DNA of 64,000 bases from Octopus sinensis (lineage: Eukaryota), in the NCBI RefSeq assembly GCF_006345805.1, contig NC_043001.1, positions 35,960,001 through 36,024,000 on the forward strand, given 5' to 3'. Of the stretch, positions 40,208-52,231 are shown in pieces. A model generated the notes under the pieces. It was not told where the DNA came from and made no database searches. It saw only the letters and a program-made list of their open reading frames with translations. A program made the translations under genes and the position numbers. The stretch's first letter is position 1, and each line of letters opens with the position of its first letter.

Positions 40208-40459
40208 GTGCGCCCCTCCGTGATCCATCTAAGTGGTCGCTCTAACTGCTAGAAATAGTGCCCTAATCACCTTCAAATTACATTATTGTTTTGTGCGCCT
40301 CTCCGTGATCTATCTACGTGGTCGCTCTAACTGCTAGAAATAGTGCCCTAATCACCTTCACATTACATATTATTGTTCTGTGCGCCTCTCCGTGATCCAT
40401 CTACGTGGTTGCTCTAACTGCTAGAAATAGTGCCCTAATCAGCTTCAAATATTATTGTT
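40208..40459. repeat. Three tandem copies of an 85-87 bp unit
   Basis: GTGCGCC.CTCCGTGATC...CTAACTGCTAGAAATAGTGCCCTAATCA starts at 40208, 40293 and 40380. Confidence 0.95.
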
Positions 40460-40637
40460 AAAACAACGAAGGCTAATTTAGAAAACTTTAGTCATAGATA
40501 ATGGATAATTGCATAAAAGACACGAGGTAATAACCATGCAGGAATGCATTTCATCATAGGTCTGCTTGATGAAGGTTGAGCTGGAGCTAAACAACAACAA
40601 TCTTAACAGTTTATTATAAGCATTTGCATGGCGTTAC

Positions 40638-40840
40638 TGCTTAGTGGCATTGACATCTGTTTTTTACGTTCTGAGCAGAGATCAGCTTCGCCGGGCAAAA
40701 TGCTTAGTGGCATTGACATCTGTCTTTTACGTTCTGAGCAGAGATCAGCTTTGCCTTTCATCCTAACGGAGTCGATAAAATGAGTACTGGGGTCGATGTA
40801 ATCGGCTGTTCCGTGACAGCAAAATTGCTGTCTTTGCACC
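40638..40840 (+). mobile_element. SINE family B with a 63-nt tandem duplication of its head region
   Basis: TGCTTAGTGGCATTGACATCTG...GAGATCAGCTT at 40638 and 40701, joined through a GCC microhomology. Confidence 0.8.
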
Positions 40841-40964
40841 AAAATTAGAAAGAAATTTATTTGGATGTTTTATTTTAAAGAAAGCTAATAATCCAAGTTG
40901 AACATTTGCTTGCGTCTAAGGAAGTGTTTTAATGCAAAATTATAAGAGTTCTATTTAAAGAAAC

Positions 40965-41223
40965 AATCCACTGCAATCACTGTTATACTGGATCACGCAA
41001 TATAAATTACTTGTCCAATATATGTTTTATAGAATTTTACTCTTTTACTCATTTACTTGTTTCAGTCATTTGACTGTGGCCATGCTGGAGCACCGCCTTT
41101 TAGTCGAAAGCCACAGTCAAATGACTGAAACAAGTAAATGAGTAAAAGAGTAAAATTCTATAACATATATTGGACAAGCAATTTATATTGTTTGATCCAA
41201 TATAACAGTAATTCTAGTGGATT
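40965..41223. repeat. Long inverted repeat (116/114-bp arms, 29-nt spacer) containing two opposed SINE-A tails
   Basis: Inner 46 bp (41035-41080 versus 41110-41155) are perfect; the outer 70 bp carry 7 mismatches and a 2-nt indel. Confidence 0.95.
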
Positions 41224-41958
41224 CTATTTAACTACGCCGAAGAAATTCCAGCTAAATTAAATATAGCAGATCATTGTTCAATATAATATATCTGTATCTT
41301 AACAGGTTAGCATTATTTCATAAACACTTCGAAACTATTTTTCATCTTATTTAAATGGGTCAAAATAGTCTGAAACGACATTTATGATGTAGAAATATGT
41401 ATATTTACTTTAGTTCCCTTCTGTGTATATTTAACATGATCATACTATATTGTAGAGATAGCAATTAAAGGCCAAGATATCAGCCATTTGCAATATTTCT
41501 GAACTGAAGCTGACTCACATTTACAATAATATTAGCTTTACTGTTAAACCTCATAGATTAAAATCCTTAATTGAATTTGTTGGGTTTCATTTTACATTTA
41601 GCACGACGATGATGAAGATTAGGTTTTTGGTAACGGTGGTGGTGGTGGTGGTAAAGATGGTGACGGTAGTAATTGGACAGGCATGATAGAAATTATTGAA
41701 ATTTAGTCAATGACATGATAGACTAAAAGCAGCTTAATATTTAAGCTGAACGATCGAAATTTGTAATTAAATACCGTCGTTTTGATTTCTTTCTTATTTC
41801 TTTATCTTTAATCTTATAGTTGCTTTAGTCCAGCCATACTGGGGCACTGCATTGAACGATTTTAGTCGAACGAATCTACTCCAGTGTGTCTTTTGTCGAA
41901 CCAGCACTGCTTGTCAAGCGGCGGTATTGAACAAAGACAAATACACGTTTTCGGCCTT

Positions 41959-42166
41959 TGCCGTGATAGATCGCTAGCCACTACATATTCTTTATTTTCT
42001 CTCCTTGTTTCTTTCTGTGCTCCTTTCTGTAGAAGAGCGTAGGCTCGAAACGTTAAAGACTTTTCACTTCCCGAGCGTTATACTAATACATCTGCTTGTT
42101 GTCTACACCACCTGTCTTCGTCTTTTGTTTTTGTTTTGTTTTTTTTTTGTGAATTCTTCCCCTATA
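41959..42166 (+). mobile_element. Hammerhead-motif element (U6 subfamily), best-preserved copy
   Basis: CTTT-CTGTAGA-A-GAGC-GTAG-GCTC-GAA-ACGT-T-AAAG at 42023-42058. Confidence 0.75.
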
Positions 42167-42254
42167 TTAACTCACACACACAAACTTTAGGCTTGTTTCA
42201 GTTTTTGCCTACCAAATGCACTCACAAGTTTTAGTTGGCTCGAAGCTCCAGTAA

Positions 42255-42440
42255 AAGTGCTCCGCAACCTTCCTTCACTTGCAGTACACTTATATTCTTT
42301 TCAAAATTCGGTGGCACACCTGAACTAAAAGTATACCTAAAAGTATAGGGAGCAAAATTATAATCAGGTTACACTGCGGCATGCGTAAAATTGTCTTGTG
42401 GAACACCAGTGTGCCGCGGCATACCGATTGCAGAGCGCTG
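42255..42440. mobile_element. Degenerate hAT-type MITE
   Basis: Ends AAGTGCTCCGCAACC versus CAGCGCTCTGCAATC (reverse complement), 11/15; subterminal GTGTGCCGCGGCATACC; TSD not clean. Confidence 0.5.
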
Positions 42441-43230
42441 CAGGAGAAGACACTTGCCCAAGGTGTAACACAGTGGGACCGAACTAAAAACCTTGTGGTT
42501 GGGATTTTTATTTACTTATTTATTTATTTATTTGCTAAATGCTGAATATGAATACTGCTTGAAACTAACGGCAATAAATGATGATTATGATAAAAGCGGT
42601 TATCTCATGATGACAACGACAATGATGTGTGGTGATGATGGTGATGATGACAGCGGTCAATATGAACATTACATTATGATATGCAGCACTAGTAAAATAT
42701 AATTACTAGCTGTACCACAGTCACTTCTCTAGAAGTAGCAGTTGTCCTTTAAACATTTATTGCCTCGTTTAAAATTGTAACCGTCTTATTTCTTGCTAGT
42801 GTCACCATCAATGCTAAAATTGTTATTGTCATTGCACTGAAATTTCCTCGATTTTAATAGCTAATTTCAGAAAAAGTTACCAAGCGTATGCTTGTGTATA
42901 TGTGTGTGTCATTGTCTACGCATATGCATTAGAATTCGTACACACTGAAATGTCGAGTTAAAAAATACTACAGGCGTTAAAAAAGACTCCAGGAAAATGT
43001 GTGTGTAAGATCCATAGCATTAATGGAATAACACGAGTGAAGACACACTCTCAATGCAAAAGGTGAGCTATATCCAGTAGCATTATTAATATTTAGAGAT
43101 CATTGACCATAATTTAAAAAATGCTTTACCAAGTGCAACATAGACAGCACAGGACGAGACAGAAAACTATAATTCAATAAAAATGAAAATATGACGATTA
43201 AAAATATATCAACCGTCTTTCCTTTCCGCA

Positions 43231-43268
<38 letters not shown>

Positions 43269-43449
43269 CTCTGCTCTGCTCGTTCTCACCCTCTCCTCAA
43301 AACATGTTCGTTTCTTCACCACTCTATATAGATGTTTGTATATTAGTATGCGTTCGTAGTGTGTATATGTCTTCACCCTTCACCATAACTGACACACAAT
43401 CAACTGTTTGTGCTTTATACAAGCTTTATATTGTTGTTGTTGTTTGTAC

Positions 43450-43730
43450 CTTCTCGAGCCATGCCTGGCTCATAAGGGCCGATTTCCAGGTTTAATTGGC
43501 GTATAACTTCCCCACCTGGACGGGACGCCAGTCCGTCACCGGTGAGCTGCTAGATGCAGGAGGAGATAGTGAGAGAAAGTTGTGGCGAAAGAGTCAGCAG
43601 AAGTTCACCATTACCTTTCTGCCGGAGCGGCGTGGAGCTTAGGTGCTTCGCTCATAAAAAATACACATCGCCCGGCTTGAGATTTGAACTCGCGATCCCT
43701 CGACCTAACCACTAGGCCATGTACCTCCAC
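43450..43730 (-). mobile_element. SINE family C-like copy
   Basis: Minus-strand head GTGGAGGTACATGGCCTAGTGG (A box) and GAGTTCAAATC (B box), with an internal deletion. Confidence 0.75.
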
Positions 43731-43775
43731 TTACAAGATCATTTTAAATAGAACAAACTTACTCGAAACTGTAAA

Positions 43776-44145
43776 ATATTCTTTTCTACTCTAGGCACAA
43801 GGCCCGAAATTTTGGGGGAGAGGACCAGTCGATTAGATTGTCCCAGTACGCAACTGGTACTTAATTTATCGACTATGAAAGGTTGAAAAGCAAAGTTGAC
43901 TTCGGCGGAATTTGAACTCAGAACATAGCGGCAGACGAAATACCTATTTCTTTATTACCCACAAGGGGCTAAACACAGAGCGGACAAACAAGGACAGACA
44001 TAGGTATTAAGTCGATTACATCGATCCCAGTGCGTAACTGGTACTTAATTTATCGACCCCGAAAGGATGAAAGGCAAAGTCGACCTCGGCGGAATTTGAA
44101 CTCAGAACGTAACGCAGACGAAATACCGCTAAATATTTCGCCCGG
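43776..44145 (-). mobile_element. SINE family B X-to-Y dimer with one TSD
   Basis: Junction at 43944/43945; CGAAACTGTAAA is repeated directly at 43764-43775 and 44146-44157. Confidence 0.88.
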
Positions 44146-44725
44146 CGAAACTGTAAATTATTAATTAGAAAAGTCTTACTCTTATTGTTTACATCTTATA
44201 AGTTTTAGAAACTCCTTAATTATCTTACAACACACATGATCAAGATGTTTATGAATAGAGGAGACTAAATGGAAAAATCATTGGATTATTTTGCATAGAA
44301 AGCCATTATTCAGGCTTTTAGTATAAAAGGCATAAATGGACTTTTAGAGATTTTCAAATATTAAATTCGGGTAAACGTAATACAAAATATTCCACAATGT
44401 CGATATACATGAGCGAAGCACTAACAGATATTACATGTAGTATAGATAAAACTGACAAAGTTTAAACGTTGTCCACCCAATGAATGAAAACTAAGCAGCA
44501 ATAGCTTTTGCTGAACTGAAAGGAAATCGAGATTACATCATAACAAAACTAATCCATCTCTATGATTCCCTTTATATATTCCTTATTTCTTTGTATCCTC
44601 CTTTTTCCTTTGTCTGTATGTATGTCCTCTTAATACTTGTTGTCTATCTTTCTGTACGCGACTTCGACTTTTCTTCATCCGATTTTGATTTCAGTGCGTG
44701 ATAGTGTACAAAATAAAAGGGAGTA

Positions 44726-44771
<46 letters not shown>

Positions 44772-45060
44772 TGCATCTGTATAAAACCTTTTGCGTGTAA
44801 ATGTGTGTGAAGGTATATGCGTAATCTTTGTGTGATTAATGAATAGAAAGGCAGAAGGTGCAACTGTTTTTGTAAGACTGAAAAAGACCAAAAATTGCGA
44901 TGCACGCGAATCTGGATGTGAACTGAATTAATTGGGTGTCCGAAACGGGAAACAAGAAAGCGAAGAAGATAAGGAGGAAGAATGAGTATGGAAATGAAAG
45001 AACCAAGAAAAAATGAATGATCATATCAGAGAGTAGCTATATCTACAAAGAGAGAGAGGT

Positions 45061-45123
<63 letters not shown>

Positions 45124-45669
45124 ATATGTGTGTGCAATTAAAAGCAGGAATAAAGAATAAGGGCGGGTGCAGGGAGGAAAGCTGAAGTGCAAGAGCTTAA
45201 GTAACAAAGACGAAGAAAAAGATGTCAACGAACTTGAAGAAAAAGGAAAGGAATTGCTATAACAAGGATTATTCAATGGATTTTGTTGTCATAGAAGATC
45301 ATGTGGCTCAAGAAAAAGAGTAATGGCGGGAAAGCTGAGCACAAAGGTCGGAAGTAGAGATGAAGATTATTTGATTGAGAAGCATTCGACTGGGAAGTAA
45401 ATGGGATGAGCTCAGTGGTAGTAAGTTGACTACACACACACACACACACATATATACAAACACACGCGCACATATATATACATACATATATACATACACA
45501 TGCATAAAGGGAGAGGTGAGGGAGAGAATGAAAGAAGAAAAGGAGGAGATACTCAGAAAACAAATGGGGGGTGGGGTAATTCAATGCAACTGAGAGGAAA
45601 AGTGAAGGAACGGAATGAAAGGGAAAAAATTAAAACAGAACGAACGAAATAGAGTGATCCGCAAAAGGG

Positions 45670-45672
45670 CAA

Positions 45673-45724
<52 letters not shown>

Positions 45725-46028
45725 AAAGGGGGGAAAATGAAAGAAAGAAAGAAAAAAGAAATAAAGAAAGAAGAAAAGAAAGAAAGAAAGAAAGGAAAGA
45801 AAGACAGCAAGACAGAAAGAAAAGGGGAAAATGAAAGAAAGAAAGAAAAAAGAAAGAAATAAAGAAAGAAAGAAAGAAAGAAAGAAAAGGGGGGAAAATG
45901 AAAGAAAGAAAGAAAAAAGAAATAAAGAAAGAAGAAAAGAAAGAAAGAAAGAAAGGAAAGAAAGGAAAGAAAGACAGCAAGACAGAAAGAAAAGGGGAAA
46001 ATGAAAGAAAGAAAGAAAAGAAAGAATA

Positions 46029-46064
<36 letters not shown>

Positions 46065-46275
46065 AAAGGCATGCAGATGAGATGAGGGATACAAAAAAAG
46101 AAAGACAGAAAGAAAAAGAAAAGAAAGAAAGACAGAAAGAAAAAAGAAAGAAAGAAAGAAAAGGCAGAAAGAAAAAAGAAAGAAAGAAAAAAGAAATTAA
46201 GCAAGAACGAAAGAAAGAATGAAAAAGAAAGAAAGAAAGAAAAGAAAGAAAGAAAGAAAGAAAGAAAAAGATTGA
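45670..46275. repeat. (GAAA)n polypurine array with a higher-order duplication of about 160-170 nt
   Basis: GACAGCAAGACAGAAAGAAAAGGGG at 45803 and 45973. Confidence 0.95.
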
Positions 46276-47334
46276 AAGACATCGAGAAAGTATGAGGAAG
46301 CGAGAGCGGGAAATGCGCATAAAGAAAGAAATAAGAGGAAGACAATTCTTTGCGAGAGAGAAAGAAATGGCGTGGTTAAAAGACAAGATAAAATGAAAGT
46401 GTAATCAAACATAAAGAGTATAAGGATAGAGTTGATAAATAGGGAATGGTATGAGAAAACGGGAGTGAGTATATCAACCAAAGATTAAATGTATAGAGTG
46501 AACTTTGTGGGTAAAGACGAGCGAGATAAAGATACCTAGAAAGTGAAAGAAAGCGACAGAGATAGAGACAGAATGGAAGGTGCAAGGAAGTGAAAACGCG
46601 TAACGTGTGGACGTGGACAACTGAGCTAAGAGAAAGTGAAAGTAGAGAGTTGCGGTGGGAGAGCTGAGCTGGAAATTAAAAGTAATAAAATGGGATCCTA
46701 TTGATTAGGGCGTAGCGAATATACTAGGGATAGATTTAATGGAATAAAAATAGATTAGAGGTGAAATAGGGTAAAAGTGAAAGGTGGAGGAAGCAGGAAA
46801 TGTAGAGAATAGTCTAGATGGAGAATGTGTAGGTGATAAAATGGCAGAGATTGAAATAAACTATAGAGATTAGAGTGTGTTGACCCCGGACTGGAATGAC
46901 GTAAGCCTTGGCCCATGACTGGAAAAACAAGCACAGTTTCTTAGAGCTTCATATTTATACGAAAATGAACAACCATTGTATGAAAAAGTATGTTGTTTCT
47001 TTATATTCTCTGTTTCAAATACATCAATGTATAAGAGTACATAAATATGCTTGTATGCATTACGAAATATAAAGCATGTGTGCTGGGCATGTTACCGTGT
47101 TTCTGGAAGTATTTGATTTAAGTGCGTGAGTTTCATCCGATGTTGATGTTCAAAAATAAACATATAGGCATGCGGAAACATACATTTACAAACACAAGAA
47201 AAGGTGCATATATACATAAGTATGTAAATGTGTGTGCCTTGTATACACACACACACACGCACACATATTTATATATACACATGCTTTTAAATATAATCAG
47301 ATGAATAATAACAGACGATGGATAATTGTATATA

Positions 47335-47755
47335 TTTATACATAAATATATATCTATACATACATATGTATATATACATACATATATATATACACATGTA
47401 TATATACACATGTATATATACGCATACATATATATATATATACATACATATGCATATATACATGCATATATATATATATATACACACATACACACACATA
47501 TATATATATACATATGTATATATACATATATACATATATATACATATATGCATATATACATATATGTATATACACATATATGTATATATACGTATATACA
47601 TATATACATACATATATACATATATGTATATATACATATATACATACATATATACATATATGTATATATACATATATACATATATGTATATATACATATA
47701 TACATATATACATACATATATATATACACATGTATATATACGCATATATATATTG
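47335..47755. repeat. Compound (TA)/(TACA) array
   Basis: Direct observation; source of the many Y/I/H/M ORFs. Confidence 0.95.
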
Positions 47756-50700
47756 CATTGATTTGATGGCTCAGCTGGACGAAACTTCGAAGTCACTAAC
47801 AATCTTGTATAAAGAAAATAAACTTGTTCTCTACAAAAGTATACAATAATCTCTCACATTTCATATATATATAGATATATATATATATATATAATATATA
47901 TATATATATATAATATACAAACGCATATATCCATAGATACGTATGTGTGCTTGTGGAAGCGTCGGTATGTATGCATGTGTGCATGAACGATTTGAACGAA
48001 GTGGTTTGGAAAAAGAAATACCGATGCATCATAAAGTGAGACGAAGCCGTTCTGGATTCGGAAGGGTTATGGAAGTCCTTGACGGAATGGGGTTAAAAAG
48101 CGAAGGACTGGTGGTGGTGGGGGGGGGGAGGCAATGTTGCTGTACCGTTAACTTTACACTAGGCTGGACTGGTGGAGGATGTGTGGAATTGAAGAGTAAT
48201 GAAATAAACGCGATGGAAATGGAAGACAAATAAAAGTGTAAGTGCGGCAATGATTGCTCGTACGTCATCCGGTGGACCAAGAAGTGAAATAGTTAAAGAG
48301 GTGGGTAGAGGAGGAGGAGAAGAGGAAAGTGAAGAAATAATAGATAAAAAAAAAAAGAGATAAAAAATGCTATAGACAGGGAGATGAGTGAGGGGGGGGA
48401 GAAAAGAAATAAAGGAACAACAGGAAAGCTAAGAAAGGAGATGCTTTTGTCACGTGTAGTATTTCTACAGTAAACATTTGAAAAATCAGAACCAGCGCAA
48501 ATAAAAGAAATAAATGGCTGTACGAGTTTTTAGGAAATAGCGGAACTGTCATGGCCGCTTGTAACATTGAGCAATCCCTTAATTAAATTGCTCACTAGAT
48601 ATTAGACGTTAAGGATTTGGCTTGCTATGTTTACTTTATGCAGCCAGCTTTTCTCTTAAGCCATGCTGCAAACAAAACGTTTCTTTGTAATATGTCAGAG
48701 CACGTTGTTTAAGTTGATGTTTTAGGTGATGGTGAGTGAGTTCCTATGCTTTTTCTAGAGCTATGGCGACTGTAAGAAAGATGGGTGGAGTTTGGTGTGT
48801 TAGTGTATTGGCATTTCTTATGTTATGTTGTCGTGCCGACGGCACTGAAGTGGAGGCTTTCTTATATTATATTGGAGCATTGCTATCTAAGTTTGAAGCA
48901 AAACCGTGTTTACATGATCTTAGAATGTTGGAAATTCTTTTTTCTAATGTGGCAACAATTACCCCCCCCCCACACACACACCTATATATATATATATATG
49001 TACATGTGAAAAATTTATATTTCCTGGAGTCCTAGGAATGGGTCATTCGTTCTGGCTTTGAGTGTTCTCTGAGTTCAAATCTCACAGAAATCACTGTTAC
49101 CTTTCACCCTTTTGGAGTCGATTAAATCACATTTCCCAAGTCAATAATGGAATTGAATTTTCTACTTTTGGAAGGTTACCATTGAAAAGCTATGAATCAT
49201 ATATTTTCCCGAACAGGGTTCACCTGTGGCTAAACAACAGCATTAACCGCATCAGCTATAAGTTTTATAGTTACTTATGCCATACAAATCGATATATAGT
49301 AATTGATCATGTATTTTTTGTTTCGCCTTTTTCTGTGTATGTGTTTATGTATTTATCATCAGTGAGAGAGCGTTGTTCAGTACACACAAAAAGTGAAAAA
49401 TGAGCCATCATAACGGTGTATTTGATAATGAATAGAATGTGTAAACAGTATTGCTTTCTAGGAAACTCGAACTCATAAATATGCATACCATCCTGAATAC
49501 AAACCATGTTGAATGTGTGAGTCAAACATATATCGAACCACTTGAATAAACATAACATTTATTCTTTTGTATTGCCTACGTGAATGCATATGTGTATAGA
49601 TATATGTTCTTGTATATGTATACACATGTGTATGTGTGCGCGTTTGTGTGTTAGTGCGTTTGTAGACACATAATATTAATATTTAAAGATGTATTTTTGT
49701 CATTAATCCAATAGGATGTCACAGCTCAACTCAAAAGTATCAAAATGTGAAAAATACTCGTTTCTTAGCATTATTTTATTCTGGGTAAGGCAATGTGTAA
49801 TGTTCCAAAACAACATTAGAGATATCAGATATTATAGATATAAGAGATACAAGAGATATTATAGATATTAGAGATATCAGAGAGATATTAGAGATAATCT
49901 ATACAGCAAGACATATCATCGGAATGAAAAGAAACCGCCGAAGAATTTCCATAGTTTGGCATATATAAAACAATTTTGTATTAGCTGATATTGAATTAAT
50001 TCGTAAAAAGAGATCGTACCTCTTTGGGATGGTTCATAACATGTCTACAATATTAATGTTGTTAGATTCGGGTGAGTGACAGAAAATAGAGCCTGATTAT
50101 ACCCAGTCGCATCTTAAGTTTTATGTTTCAGTCTCACTGATACTAAATTTTTACCCTTCATCCTTCTACGAAAGATGAAATAAAATAAAGTACTAGTCAA
50201 CTGTTGGTGATTTACACAATCGTCCCCAGAAATGTATGGCCTTCTGCCTGTGCCAGAAACCATTATTTCGGCGATTAACCTCTGATCAGCCCTGATCGAT
50301 CTGATATAAACAAATGCGTTCTAGTTTTGTCTTCTTCGTCCATAGGTCGACGTGATCATGCCTAACTTCGGGTTTAACATTTATTATTAGAGTACTGTAC
50401 CAAAACTGACGGTATGATTACATGAATTGGTAGAATTATTCATATATTAATGAGGTAGTAAGTAAGACTGTCTTCTTCAAATATATAAAACAGGGTAAGT
50501 ATTGTATGGTGTAACAAAACTAGGTGCTATAATATAACAAAAGGGTAGTATTAAGCAGTACAATCTTGTAAGCAGTCATGTGGTAGAGTGTATAATAAAT
50601 TAAGCAAATTATACATCAATTCGCACGAAACGTGTGAATATCTCTCGGATGCTATGTCATATTATAATATTATAAAGGATTCTATTATACAACATTTGTA

Positions 50701-52231
50701 GTTATTTATGATAATTCTGAATGTTATATGTAGTATGAGATGCTGATGCGTATTATAATGAATTGGTGTTATACCCTATGTTGATGTGCAAAATAAATTT
50801 TAGTGGATATTAAAATCTAATCATTTTTTTTATATAGTTAACGACCAGTTACACCAAATATTGGAATGGCGTTATTAAATTCTATAAAATTTAAATTCAA
50901 TTCACTCATCGAGAATTGCACCCGGTGTATTTCACTTGCAATATTAATACTCGTACATTACTTCATAACGGAAGGCGGGGGTGTTTAAATTCAGTAATGG
51001 AGATTTTCTGTCTCTTTTATACCCTTTAATGTTTTTTTTTTCATAATTTTGGACAGTGCAACCTTAGAAGATCCTAATTTTGGTTATATTATATTAGTTG
51101 ATAGTAATATTTTTATACCATCGGGAGATGCTGAATTTCTAATTCATTAAAATTATTGTTGTTAAAAACCTGTTATTTTTTTATTGCTATTAGCGCTTCA
51201 GTTTCACTCTTAATTTCATTGTTTATTCTTCAACCATTTCACCAATACGACATCGCTCACACACGCACACACACAGATACACGCATACATACATACATAC
51301 ATACATACATACATACATACATACACACACACATACATATACAGATACGCTCACATGTTTACAAACAGACGTTGAGAATAATATTTTCACGCGAAAAAAA
51401 GTAATTTTCAAAACGCATTAGGGAGATGCTTTCGCAAATATTTTCCAAATGGAATGTGGTAAAGAAAAATATACAAATTAACGGTGCACAAAATAGATAA
51501 CTATCTTTTAATATCTTCTTATGGGTGGAATTTGAAGTACAAGTCGTGTAACCACATACACATAACATAGATTGTACAAAGCGAAAGAAAAAAAATACTT
51601 GCGAATAACACATATGCACTCGCATAAGTAAATACATAGAGACAAATGTTTTCTTTATGCCAGAGTTAACAATCTAGCAACTAGAAGAAAATTAGTAATT
51701 CTAGACAAGAAAATAACAACCAATACTATTACTACAAAAAACAAGAGCCGTAATAGCAGAAGTAACCATGACAACAAGTGATTCTTTATTTAGGGAATGT
51801 TTTGAAAGGCAGGTGTCGTGTCTTTTTAAGTGAGTTTATGAGATGAAAATGACTATAAATAAACTGCTTTTAAATAAGTTGAAGCTATTTGCTGGTGATA
51901 ATGATGAAAGGAAGAAGTAAGAATCGAAAAATATTTTAATGAGGAAAACAAGAATTATTGTTTACATATTAACACTTTTTTTTTTTCGAAATACTTCTCC
52001 AGAAATTATGTAAGTAAATACATATTTTCAATCTGAAAGCCATCTATACATTATTTTGTTTTGGGAATAGGTTAATCAAATCTGCTTTATCATACTCCAC
52101 CGTGCAAGATTTTAATTTTAATCAATCAGGGATTATTGTTGTTGATAGTGTTGCTATTTAGTCGCAAATCAGCCTTCATGAAACAAGAACGGATACAAAC
52201 ATTCCAGCTTGAGCAAATGACACATTTGTAT

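Larger units (their letters stand above)
41815..42505 (-). mobile_element. Old SINE family A interrupted by two insertions
   Basis: Tail half 41815-41950, middle 42170-42250, head half 42441-42505. Confidence 0.7.

Noticed and set aside
40208-40459. Regularly spaced repeats resembling a CRISPR array (also the 184-nt units at 20 kb)
   Set aside because: Units are contiguous tandem copies with no unique spacers, there are no cas genes, and the context is eukaryotic.
45553-46386. Longest ORFs in the window (277 aa and 254 aa, F/L/S-rich, membrane-protein-like)
   Set aside because: Translations of the (TTTC)n strand of a microsatellite, which cannot contain stop codons; no domain.
47133-47849. 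Many overlapping Y/I/H/M/C/V ORFs here and at 3.3, 10.4, 26.2, 29.8, 32.9, 38.9 and 55.5 kb
   Set aside because: All are readings of TA/CA/TACA repeats.
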